Assembly: GCF_002113885.1 (NCBI RefSeq)
Contig: NW_018408729.1
Coordinates: forward strand, 233,213-297,212
DNA length: 64,000 bases
Source: Mizuhopecten yessoensis
Taxonomy: Eukaryota
Direction of reading: 5' to 3'
Shown here: in pieces, positions 11,479 through 22,000 of the stretch
Layout: the number at the start of each line of letters is the position of its first letter
Position numbering within the stretch: position 1 is the stretch's first letter
The notes under the pieces: generated by a model
What the model saw: only the letters and a program-made list of their open reading frames with translations
Database searches by the model: none
What the model was told of the DNA's origin: nothing
Position numbers and translations under genes: made by a program

Positions 11479-13385
11479 CTGGAGAGTTGAGGGATCCTCA
11501 AGTGACAAATTAATAAAAGATGTCATTAAGAGTAATAGCAATATTCATCCTTAAAAAAACATGTTGTAAATTCTTATTGTGGCTTTTTTAATATTACAAA
11601 AAACATTGGTTGAGGCACTAAAATAATCATTTCTTATATTATTATTGGTATGGTGTGTATTTTTTATCATTATAACTTTCAAATAGAAACTTAACATACA
11701 TGTGAACTTTATACAATGTATTAGCAAAGAATCATAAATCAATTTCAATATTTTTAACGATCTTTCAGATATATATCTCATCCACTGAAGCAAGTTTTCA
11801 ACTAATAGTTAAAAGCCAAACAAATTCAACAGAATGAACTAATATCTAGGCAATATAGCATCATTCTGAATCTGCAATCAACTCAAATTTTGAACAAACG
11901 TAAACATATATAGTACATGTAGGATGACTAACATAGAACGAGTCTGGAACCTCCAACCTCTACTAAGTTTCTCTACTAGCAAAGCTGCCTGACACTGTTG
12001 ATCAACCCAGCCCTGACCTAATCAGTATATTTATAGCGGATGCTCTTGTAAAGTAAACTTGACAAAACAAAATAACAAAATAACCCAGATTTATCAATAC
12101 CTTTTCAGTCCACTCCAATGACGGTTTGAATCAGAATCGGGTGCTGATGGAGGCCACTGATTTAAATAACTTTACATTTTACAATGTTGCATTGTGAGTG
12201 ACACAAAGACCAGAATAGCTAATTGTATATATATATACAAAAAAAAAGATAGTGCAAGTCAGATTGATCTACTTTTAAATAGCACATTTTTGTTTTGATA
12301 GTTTTTCAACCAAATCAGCAGCAATTAAGTCACAATTTTGTTTTATGTTTTAATATGTTAAGACTAAAATCTATTGTCTTCAATGCTCTGATTCTTTAAT
12401 CACTGCAAAATAAGGATCTCCTAAATGTTTGCATCTAGGTAGCACTCAAACTAAATAGCCCCCCCCCTTTTAAAAACAAAATACTTTAATCGGTGTAAGA
12501 TCATCATCCATTAGTAATTTAGGTCTCTTTGAAAACATGTATTCTTGTATACCTGGGCATGTCAACATACTTTCCATACCTGATGGATTCAAGAAAACAT
12601 CAAGTCAAATGCAAATCAAAGTCGATACACAATTCTATGGATGATATTCAGACTATCTCTGGCCCAGTATTTTTTACAGGAAATAATCAAATATTTAGGC
12701 AATTAGTTCCTGTTATATGGGAAGTAATGATAATTACAACACAATGGATGTTTTACAACTTTGACATGCTACAACAAGGATATCACCACAATGAACAGAC
12801 AAACCTGGTGTGTGATACACTTAAAGCAACAGAATATTTTCGTCGCTTGAACCACATATCTATCATACAATACTTTAACAATGCCAGAATACGTGGGCTG
12901 CACGTGTCGCCATTTAATCGGTTTTACACATCTGACATGATTATGTTATTAAAATGAATATGCGACATTGTCATACCATACTTAAATGCATCGCCAGCTT
13001 TGTGGAGATAATAAACTCCATAATGAAACGTTTGCAAAAAAACTACTTTAGACGTGGTCAATTTTGCATATATATCAATCATAATTATTTGCCTCATAAC
13101 CTAACGGTTAAAAATGTATTACAATAGCAGTAAGTTACCATAGAACTGAGAAACATGAGGTTTCTAGTAATCTACTGAACGGTATGTGTCTACAAAAGAA
13201 TTGTAAATTGTGTGTTTACAAAATTTGTTTCGTGCAATCTGACGGGCACCTAGCTGTTATTATTCCCATTTACTGATACACAGCATCGTATAGTACTATC
13301 GTACAATGTTGGCATTAACATGACACTTTCATCTATATATTTCCTGATATCTTATCAAGACTGGTGTTTGCTTCTGAAAGTATAC

Positions 13386-13434
13386 CTGGATTTTCCGGCT
13401 TCGGAGAAGGTGGTTTCTCACCGTCACCCTCCAT
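13386..13434 (-). CDS. CFAP44: CFAP44 first coding exon (MEGDGEKPPSPKPENP)
   Basis: aagATGG start context; CAG|gtatac phase-1 donor matches the downstream phase-1 exons; lies directly below an X-box/NRF1 promoter. Confidence 0.8.
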
Positions 13435-13448
13435 CTTGGATTTACTTT

Positions 13449-13582
13449 GTTGCTATGGTACACTGCGCATGCGTATTTAATTTGTGTAGCAAAGAGAGCT
13501 CTTTCAAGGCACACAACTCTGTCTTCCTTAGCTGTGATAAAGAACGGTGTCTCATGTCGTGTGCGATAGAGAACATGGTAAC
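13449..13582 (-). promoter_or_regulatory. CFAP44 proximal promoter with an RFX X-box-like site and an NRF1-like site
   Basis: GTTGCTATGGTACAC (13449-13463), TGCGCATGCGTA (13464-13475) and a half X-box CATGGTAAC (13574-13582), just upstream of the ATG of a ciliary gene. Confidence 0.7.
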
Positions 13583-13838
13583 TGATCCGTGAAAATATCA
13601 TTCATTTAAATATTCGCTTCATGTTAAAGAACAACCTACAACATATATTATTTATTATTGGTATTTTTTTTTTTATAAACATTTTTATTTTTAATAGTAA
13701 TGACAGAAGCTTCCTTTTTTAATTTCGAATGAGTCTGTTTAAATAGTAGCGCTCTCTGGCAGTGTTGATTTGTACGAAGAAATTTCAAATGCAATTTAAT
13801 TGACTCGTAGAGTTGTAAGTTGCAAATGAAGATTATTC

Positions 13839-13872
13839 TACGGAATTAGATTAGATGCTGTCTAAGTCCGTG
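13839..13872 (+). mobile_element. 34-bp TIR-only P-superfamily insert or footprint, copy A
   Basis: TACGGAATTAGATTAGA-TGCTGTCTAAGTCCGTG flanked by 7-bp attattc/attaatc. Confidence 0.7.
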
Positions 13873-13910
13873 ATTAATCTAATGTTTTAAGTCTTATTCC
13901 GTCTTTGCGT

Positions 13911-14068
13911 ATTGCAGAGTTATCTTCTCTTGTGAGCAGGTATTGATTGTTACGTCATTGGTTTGTGTGAGAAAATTACGTCGTTTTCTCAAAAATTGAT
14001 GACGTTACTCTCACAAACCAATGACATAACAATCAATACCTGCTCACAAGAGAAGATAACTCTGCAAT
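13911..14068. mobile_element. Palindromic MITE (~158 bp, long TIRs)
   Basis: attgcagagttatcttctcttgtgagcaggtattgattgtta... pairs with ...taacaatcaatacctgctcacaagagaagataactctgcaat. Confidence 0.8.
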
Positions 14069-14079
14069 CAACGTTGTAG

Positions 14080-14106
14080 CACGGGATTAGATTATCTAAG
14101 TCCGTG
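14080..14106 (+). mobile_element. 27-bp TIR-only P-superfamily insert or footprint, copy B
   Basis: CACGGGATTAGATTATCTAAGTCCGTG with a perfect 7-bp TSD gttgtag. Confidence 0.8.
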
Positions 14107-15425
14107 GTTGTAGTTCCTCATGTACTCTTTTCCAGATGATCGAATAATAATATCCTACTGCAAAGCTTATCCTTTATATCCTTCAAGTCTGCTTCTGCCA
14201 CGTAATGTCCACAATCATCACGTGGATTATAATGACATTTTTGTTTTTGGAGTGCGCATGGTTAAAAATTGGTTAAAAACAGGATAACAAAAAGATGGAA
14301 ATCAGGCCAGTTCGGAGCCACATGTCTGGTCTTTTCGGATACAGGCGTCACTATAGAAACAGTTTTTATTTTCATTGCGGGCCAAATTTGAAGAGGTATA
14401 GAACTAAGCCTGTCGGATTATTATTTTGTATTCAGGCAAATCATACAGGACATTTATTTTCATAAAATAAAATAATGCGATTGAATACATTGTGAATGCC
14501 AATTATATCTTCACAAAAAAATGCCAAAAAACTCCCAATATTAAGCTCAAACAAACCTCAGCCACAGTCACCCGAACTACTCGGTAGTGAAGCTGACGTA
14601 AAACCCCTAAAGAACTCACTGCCGCTCTGACCATTTATTATTCTGATGGCTTACATAGGTTATATGGGTGCGAACTTATTCATTACGTATTATATACGTC
14701 TCTGTTCTGATACACATTGTATTTTTTGGCAGATTCTACCATACTGCTATCGTGTTATATAATACAATTAAGTTAATGAATGTTTATTTAATTAGATATA
14801 TAATATCGGGCTGGGCAGAGACGGATATATTATTATGTAATATATACCTCTCTGGGTTGGGTGATGAACGGAAATGCACAGCTATAAATATCATGTTGCG
14901 CTGTATTTGTGGAGTATATATTCGCGTTATAATATCTAACTTCAAACCCCGCCTGATACAGGTAACATGGAACCAGACCGCTGTTTTGCCCACATATGTC
15001 CGAGTTGGTCTTGTACATTGTCAGTCATTTCTCCCTACACCGAACGATGATAGAAAACTCGGCCCATCCTGCTCATATAACATGTAGAGTTTTAGCCAGA
15101 GGTCACTCAGGACCAACTGACCGACAACCTACTGGTCACTCTGGTGCCATCAATCTCCCTACTGTGTACTACAATGCCTCGTTAGGATCTTGATTAAAAT
15201 CGTGGCCCCGGGAGGGTCATACCTGTCCGGTGTTATCAACGCCGCACCTGTAACGAGATAGGGATCAGGTAACGCGGTGTCCATCAGGAGACGCAATGTG
15301 TTACAGGTAGATATTTGGATACTCTATTGAGACCTTCCTACGGTAGATATTTAATTGTGTATGTAGATGAAAGAATAATCTATTTACTTCCAATAAACAA
15401 AAAAAATACGTTGTTTAAGTTGGAC

Positions 15426-15458
15426 CACTGAATTAGATTAGGACTATCTAAGTCCGTG
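15426..15458 (+). mobile_element. 33-bp TIR-only P-superfamily insert or footprint, copy C
   Basis: CACTGAATTAGATTAGGACTATCTAAGTCCGTG with a perfect 7-bp TSD gttggac. Confidence 0.8.
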
Positions 15459-16553
15459 GTTGGACACCATACACGTTAAAAAGTGATGAACGTTTTAGCA
15501 ATTTTAAAACAAATGGGCATAAATACGTTGAAAATTCCTGCAGTCTCAGTTTAGTATGGGACATGATTTAGTGATGGAATTTGAATACTTTTGCATATGG
15601 GTTAACCAGACACAAAGGGAGGAAATCCATACAACTTGATTTCGATAAAAGAAGCTGGCGGAATGTTAGGCTTCAGTGACCTGGCGTGTTTTCATACTGT
15701 CTGACATTATTTAGCATGTGATATAAACATGTGATATAGATTACTTTTAAACTGTCATGTTTTTTAAGACTGATTCACACCCTGTTTCAACAGTAATTAC
15801 ATACTTGTTGTTGAGAATTACCCAATGGTTCTGCTGCAGTTTATATAATATTTATCTAAAGCTTGTCACAAAGTTCACGGTTGATAAATACCCCCGCACG
15901 ATACTTATATTGCTGGTTTCCGACAACATCCCCAAAATTACGTTAAAGATGGTCAGTATAGTTTCTCAGCATATAGCATATTATCTTTAAATAAAATAGT
16001 TCAGTTCAAGCTCTGGACAATAATTATATAATCGCTAATGCATGTATAGTAGTCCCAATTAATCTTTGACCCTGAAGGGCCGTATGATGAACGACCTCAG
16101 ACAGGTATTAATCCCCGGTGTGACGTAAACCACCATAAAAGGAAGTGATAGTCGTGTGGATTAACAACTTTCTGGCGGCACCTTTTCATGTATATATTTC
16201 GGTGAGATGTGACAAGCAAAAGAACATTACAGTAAAGCACCCGGTAGTACAATCGTATATTGCCCGCAACGATCTTTTTTTATTGCAAAGGACAGTTTTG
16301 TATTTAGAGAGCTTTTTGACTGTAGATTGATTTAGTTTGGGTGTTATAGTGTTTAACGTCCTATTAACGGGTAACTGTTCATTTAAGGACGCAACTACAT
16401 GTGTGTATACATAGGTATGTATGCTGGAGGGCAGGAAATGTTGGTGTATTTGCCTCCATGTCATGATGTGATCATGTGCATATTTGATGCCTCGACGTCT
16501 ACAGGTTTCTGGGTTTCAATACACAACTACTGTCATAAAAAAAGTTATTTTAG

Positions 16554-16848
16554 TGTCAACCTAGTAAAATGCTAGCCGCTTCCCACCGTCTCGGCTAGGG
16601 AGAATTATTTCTCTTTAGCTCATTCGGTACAGTACAGGCAGTGTAAGACTAGAAAGCCAGAGGTCCGAGGTTCGACTCCTGGCGGAGGCATTAAAAATAA
16701 TTACCTCTGTTACATTGGCGCCCAATCAGGGACCCGGGAGATTTGACAAAAATACTCAGCGATACTTGCAAAGGAATCGCTATGACCCCTGGAAAACTCG
16801 GGACGAGTTCTTTCTTTGAGGGGGAGGGGGGTATGTCACCGTGGTATA
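16554..16848 (+). mobile_element. Non-autonomous mini LTR retrotransposon (TRIM) with a tRNA-derived LTR; right LTR truncated
   Basis: LTR TGTCAAC...GTTACA (16554-16714) with A box TAGCTCATTCGGT and B box GGTTCGACTCC; PBS TGGCGCCCAATCAGGGAC (16716-16733, tRNA-Lys-like); 119-bp internal region; PPT GAGGGGGAGGGGGG (16818-16831); TGTCAC at 16834. Confidence 0.8.
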
Positions 16849-18164
16849 TATCTGTTTGGAGCATTCAATGTAATATATTGTACTACATACACTTACTTAC
16901 CTATGAGTGTGATTCTTACAACTACTATCATAAAAAAAAGTTATTTAAGGTCATGACATACTTAAAAAAATCAAGGTGTTCAAATGCTATTCTCGATTGT
17001 GGTATTGCAGAAACTCCGAGTATAGAAAACGTTCGAAGGCTCGTCATCGTATTCAAAGGGGAATAACTCTGTAATGTTTACAATTATCTCCAAACCATTA
17101 TTCTCAAATTAACAAAGATACAAAGTAACCAGTTTAGGATGTAATACAATGATAAAAATACCATGCACCATGACTTGAAATTCGGCTTATAAGAATATTT
17201 TCTACAAATCCTAAACGCACTGACTAGGTGTAATGATAGAGCTAGTGCACGGAATTAGATTAAATATATTGAAGTTTATTAGAAGGACTATAGAAGTACA
17301 TGGTTAGAGTTAACTCCAGTCCGTCAGTAACCCCCACACACAGTTTGAAGCCATCGTAAGTTATCAGATATTTAAAAAAATCTGGTGATTGATAATTGAT
17401 AATTGTAAAAAATATCACATCGCATCACACAGAAGTGGTACACAGTCGTTTGTGTTATGACATGTAATAAAGAAATTTAAAGTGATTAGCAAAGATTTTT
17501 TTTTTAAAATTCCACATCTTGGAAAAAAACACGTTCAACTACGTCACTATAAAGGAACTTTTCATTACAGCCATCAATACATTGAAACTAAGAATGACTT
17601 GATATTACTTCGATTTAGTTCCTTGTTCAGTCTTTGCTGCACTTAACAATTTGACAACGTACAAGGGCCGACATGTAAGTTACAATACAAACAGAATGCA
17701 GTATCAAACTGTACAAAAAAATGTCTCGTCGTTTGAAGCTACATCATCGCAGCTAGTACAATACATGATACAAGAAATTGTCGCTTGTGGCATTCAACGA
17801 AGCTAGTACACTCCTCAGTCCAAACGACACTTTTCTCTCCTTTTAAACGGAGGTTCAGTTCATGAAAAAAATGTCAGTAATTAGATGACAACAGCTATTC
17901 AAGTTTTGTTATATAATCTTCTTTTTTTTAAAATAAAGAATTTGTACCTACTCCCGATATGATAAGACTTAATTTTTACTTACCTCCAAACGAAACACTT
18001 AATTAATGTTCCCAGCATATTGCACTTTTTTTTTCAAAAACGCAATCGGCCAGTTATCATTTCCAAAATATATACTTTTAGTCTGTCGCAACTCTTAATT
18101 ATAGAGTGACTATCGTCATATTGATATTTTATCATTGTATATTTATGTAAACGGAAGGTGAGAC

Positions 18165-18191
18165 CACAGACTTAGATAACCTAATTCCGTG
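18165..18191 (-). mobile_element. 27-bp TIR-only P-superfamily insert or footprint, copy D
   Basis: Minus strand CACGGAATTAGGTTATCTAAGTCTGTG with a perfect 7-bp TSD gtgagac. Confidence 0.8.
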
Positions 18192-18803
18192 GTGAGACTC
18201 AATTAAATTATCTGTATCTAAGATTACTTCATTTTTTGTTTTGCTAGCAATTATCGACATTCAGAACCGAGACAGCACAGGTAATAAATCCATAATATAC
18301 TTTTGCTTTGTTACATAATGAACTATATATGTGTAAAGTCTCATTTGCATTTTGATTATTGTGAAGTGATCATGTTAAAAATTAGTCAGAATGAATTAAC
18401 TGACTCTCTCCTTTTACCTTTTGTTTGGATACGACGACCCATAAAAAACGACAACAAAGAGATAGTCTGTTATTTTCGGAGCAGTACAATTGTGGCAGAA
18501 ACATTACGCAATAATATTTCAGTGTAAACTGATGCTTAAGTGACTATCGATCTAATTAGTAAAGTTGACAGTCATCTGCTGTGTTACTCATTACAGCTTC
18601 CTGGGCTGTACCTTCCGGAGGCCATCAAGGGGTATTTATTGTAATTATTGGCTAAAATCATCTCTCTATTAAATAAAAATTTTATTTTTTTATTTTTGCC
18701 ACAATTCCAAAACAACCGCTAACATACTGGTAATTTCTCAAAACGTTATTAAAACTAAAGACACACAGTTTGTTAGAATTGCCATTGTAATCAAATCACA
18801 CCT

Positions 18804-18893
18804 GGATTTCCCCATTTAGGACCCCAGACAATCTCAGGTGTATAGTTTTACCTGAGCCGAACTGCATTGTGGGGCATTTCGGGAAGTGACTCA
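18804..18893 (+). promoter_or_regulatory. Putative proximal promoter of the Ig receptor (kB-like, STAT-like and ETS/AP-1 composite motifs)
   Basis: GGATTTCCCC (18804-13), TTTCGGGAA (18877-85) and GGAAGTGACTCA (18882-93), 65-150 nt upstream of the ATG. Confidence 0.4.
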
Positions 18894-18957
18894 AACGATG
18901 GCGGATGTGTTGAATTTGAATTGAGCAGGAAAGAACTTTCAGATAACATTTTCGGGC

Positions 18958-19039
18958 ATGGATCTTAAGCAAACCAGAATAATGGATTTATTGCAGTATT
19001 TAGTTTATTCGACTGTCGCAGTTTTGGTGTTTGTCAAAG
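18958..19039 (+). CDS. Ig-superfamily ITIM/ITSM receptor, exon 1 (signal peptide)
   Basis: MDLKQTRIMDLLQYLVYSTVAVLVFVK hydrophobic leader. AAG|gtaagt phase-1 donor joins exon 2 to give ...VFVKDLHA/DISV, a plausible cleavage site. Intron 1 is 22.8 kb and contains an assembly gap, so the linkage is inferred. Confidence 0.72.
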
Positions 19040-22000
19040 GTAAGTTAGTACGAACATGTATAAATCCCCACTGTCATGTTGTCGGTCGACCGGCTGTGTC
19101 GTCTACAGTACAGATGATAAAAATAGCGTCTGTTTTGGGAGTGTCTCGCTTGGCTAAACCTGAACACAACTAACTGTTATTCTTTCTAGAGATTAAACCT
19201 GGACGTGTTAATGTCACCTTACACTCATGTTTGTAAAAGAACTTTATCAAAAAGTGAAAACTTGATACGACCCGTAAAATGTAAAACGGGCGCTTCCTAA
19301 GGAACGGGCACCTGTTCGTCTGTGTTTGGAGATATGACCAGTTACACTACCCCACCTTAGCGTACACAAGCGGCACAGTCTAAAGGGACTGCTGGACTGT
19401 GGGAGATAAAATGAATCTAGCTGTACGATTTAATAGAATGTTTGAATTCGTCTCTGTTTGTGTACGTGAACTTATATTGGCATGTTGAAAATAACTAGTC
19501 GTTAGCACTACTGTCGGTTTACAAGGCCTTATAAGTTAATATCATAACATCACATTTTTAAACTGATTTGAAAATATATTCCTATTGTAACACAACCGAT
19601 TGCAGTAAAGCAGTAAATGAATATTTTATGCAAATGAACCATTTAAAATTACAATTTAAAAACGGTTTATTAAACATTTTAATGACGTTTTATGAATCAA
19701 GTATTAAAATTTTCAAATATTGTATTTAATATTATACTGAAGAGCAGTACTAGTTATCAATGATAGTTTTAACTATTTCGGTGTCTTCTATTTAGTAACA
19801 CAGAAATTCAGATTAAAAGACAGTCAAAAACGTCAGACTAGGACAAAAGGTGTATCATAAATGTTTATTTGAATAGTAACCTCATAACTAACACATACAG
19901 AGGATTGGTAATCAGGCTAGCTGTGAAGATAAATGATAGTTCAAGTCTTAAGGGGTTTTATCTCCAGAGTAAGTCTCTTACCTGAGAATGTTATAAATTA
20001 TCAAGGTTCAAGTATTAGCCCAGTAAATATACTTAGTAGTTACCTATTCTAATCTTATCAGTGAACATTATTTGATACAATGTGTACAAAATAATTAAAC
20101 ATTTCAACTCAAAGAAGATTCTGAATGTAAGGTAACTGCACAGTGCACACTGAAGTATTGATTTGTTAAGAAAGTGTAATAGAAAATAATGTGTGCATAA
20201 TTTAAACAAGTCTGTATTTGTCTATAAATGTTATTGGCAGACCAAGGCTAAGTCTACCAAATCAATGTCATGAAGCAGCCGAGTTCTTTAGCCTAGATAT
20301 CACACAGGTCTTGAGTGTTGAAGTTGTCAGTTTATGACGGTTAAAGCTTGTTGTGTCATCGTTGATAATCGTTGATAAGATATTGACCCTGGAGAAGAAA
20401 ACATTTTCAGAACTCAGAAGGGGTTCTGTCTATTCAGGTCATTTGTATACTAGCTTTTATAAAATTGCGTTTGAGGAAAGGTTTACATATAAAGTTGCAA
20501 AAAAACCCCACAGAAATCCTTTGAACTTGGATCAACCTTCAAGCAAGGTAACTTTTGGAACCCGAATTGGCATCGACTTCTTTTGACTTTAAACTTCAGC
20601 ATATGTTTGTTGTGTTTTCAGATAAAGAACTCTGGCAAATGTAGACAGATGTCAAGATTGCTTTATATGCTTAAGTTTACAGTTTTTAAACCAACTTTTA
20701 ATGTCTTCCTGGCAAGTGTTGATGGAACAATAGCTGTGTACCTGCAGTATTTTTTTTACTCCCCCTAAACATTGAAGTGTCTGTGGGAATTGAGCAGTTA
20801 ACATCAATTTTATAATCTTTTTTCAATGATAAAATACATATTCAGGAAAAATAGCAACCAGTTTATCTGAAAGGACACAAATGTCCTTATGGATTTGAAC
20901 TTCTTTCTTTATCAATTCTGAACATTTTAGTTGTAACCCCATTTTTATTGACAAATGGCCCTTTGCCTGACTTTGGTTTGAAAGTCTATTATAGGTATAA
21001 TAGCATGTGACATTCCAATGGAGTCCAGTTGATTAAATTGTTGGCATGCTATTAGGTTGTAAACCATATAGTCAAGACATTATATGGTGGCATGTATAGG
21101 GGACATACATTACACCCTCTCCTTCACAGACTAGCTAGATTGCAATTGTGATGTCTTGCAATGGGATAGAACAGTCTCAAACATCATTTCCCCATAGAGA
21201 TAAATTAAAGTGACCAGTGTTTCCTGAGTTTGTGTTTGTGAAATAACTTTAGTGATGGTCACCAGGTCTCACTTCATTCACCCTATCATACATTATATAT
21301 AGGAGGGTCAGTTTCACACCTCCAACCTCTACCCACCCCTGGCCCCCAACTATAGCTGTAGTTTTATGTCTGGGGACATGAACGGGTCATAAACAGGTGA
21401 TTAAACTCTCAAACCCTTTAAATAGGACCCGTGACAGGTCACTCAGCCCGAGTAGGAAGTAACTGTGCTGTTAAGTGTTATACAGCCCAAATAAAAGTTA
21501 GTCAAGAAGGGTCAATCATTGTGAGTCACTAACTCGCGGAACAAAATGAAACATGACGTTTGAACATGTAAATGCATACAGACCTATACACACAGAATAT
21601 TTATTATTCTATTTATAAGTGATTTTGATGTTACAACCAGGAAAAGGTTTTTGAAAGTACATTTAAAGTACAAGTTTTCTAAACTGTAAATAAAATTTGT
21701 ACCGAGTACGAATTAGGTGTGTGCATGCTTGATTGAACACAAGTTTGATGTATTCAAATTAAATTTAAGTATAGACTGCGCTGTAACGAAATTTGTAACA
21801 TACAAAGTCGATATTTCAACAAATTGGAAAATTTAAATTTCTGTTTTGATGGATCAGATTAAAATGTTCAGCTTGCTCAGTTAAATATTTTGGTAAAAAA
21901 ATTGTTAAACTGATGCAAAGTTTGATTATGTTGAACATGTAAAGACTGCATAGTTATTTTGTGAATCATGCATAAACTGCACCTGTAATGTGGATAAGAT

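Noticed and set aside
12101-12156. Possible extra CFAP44 mini-exon (ag...AAG|gtattg)
   Set aside because: In the required phase 1 it contains a TGA, and its 56-nt length would shift the frame.
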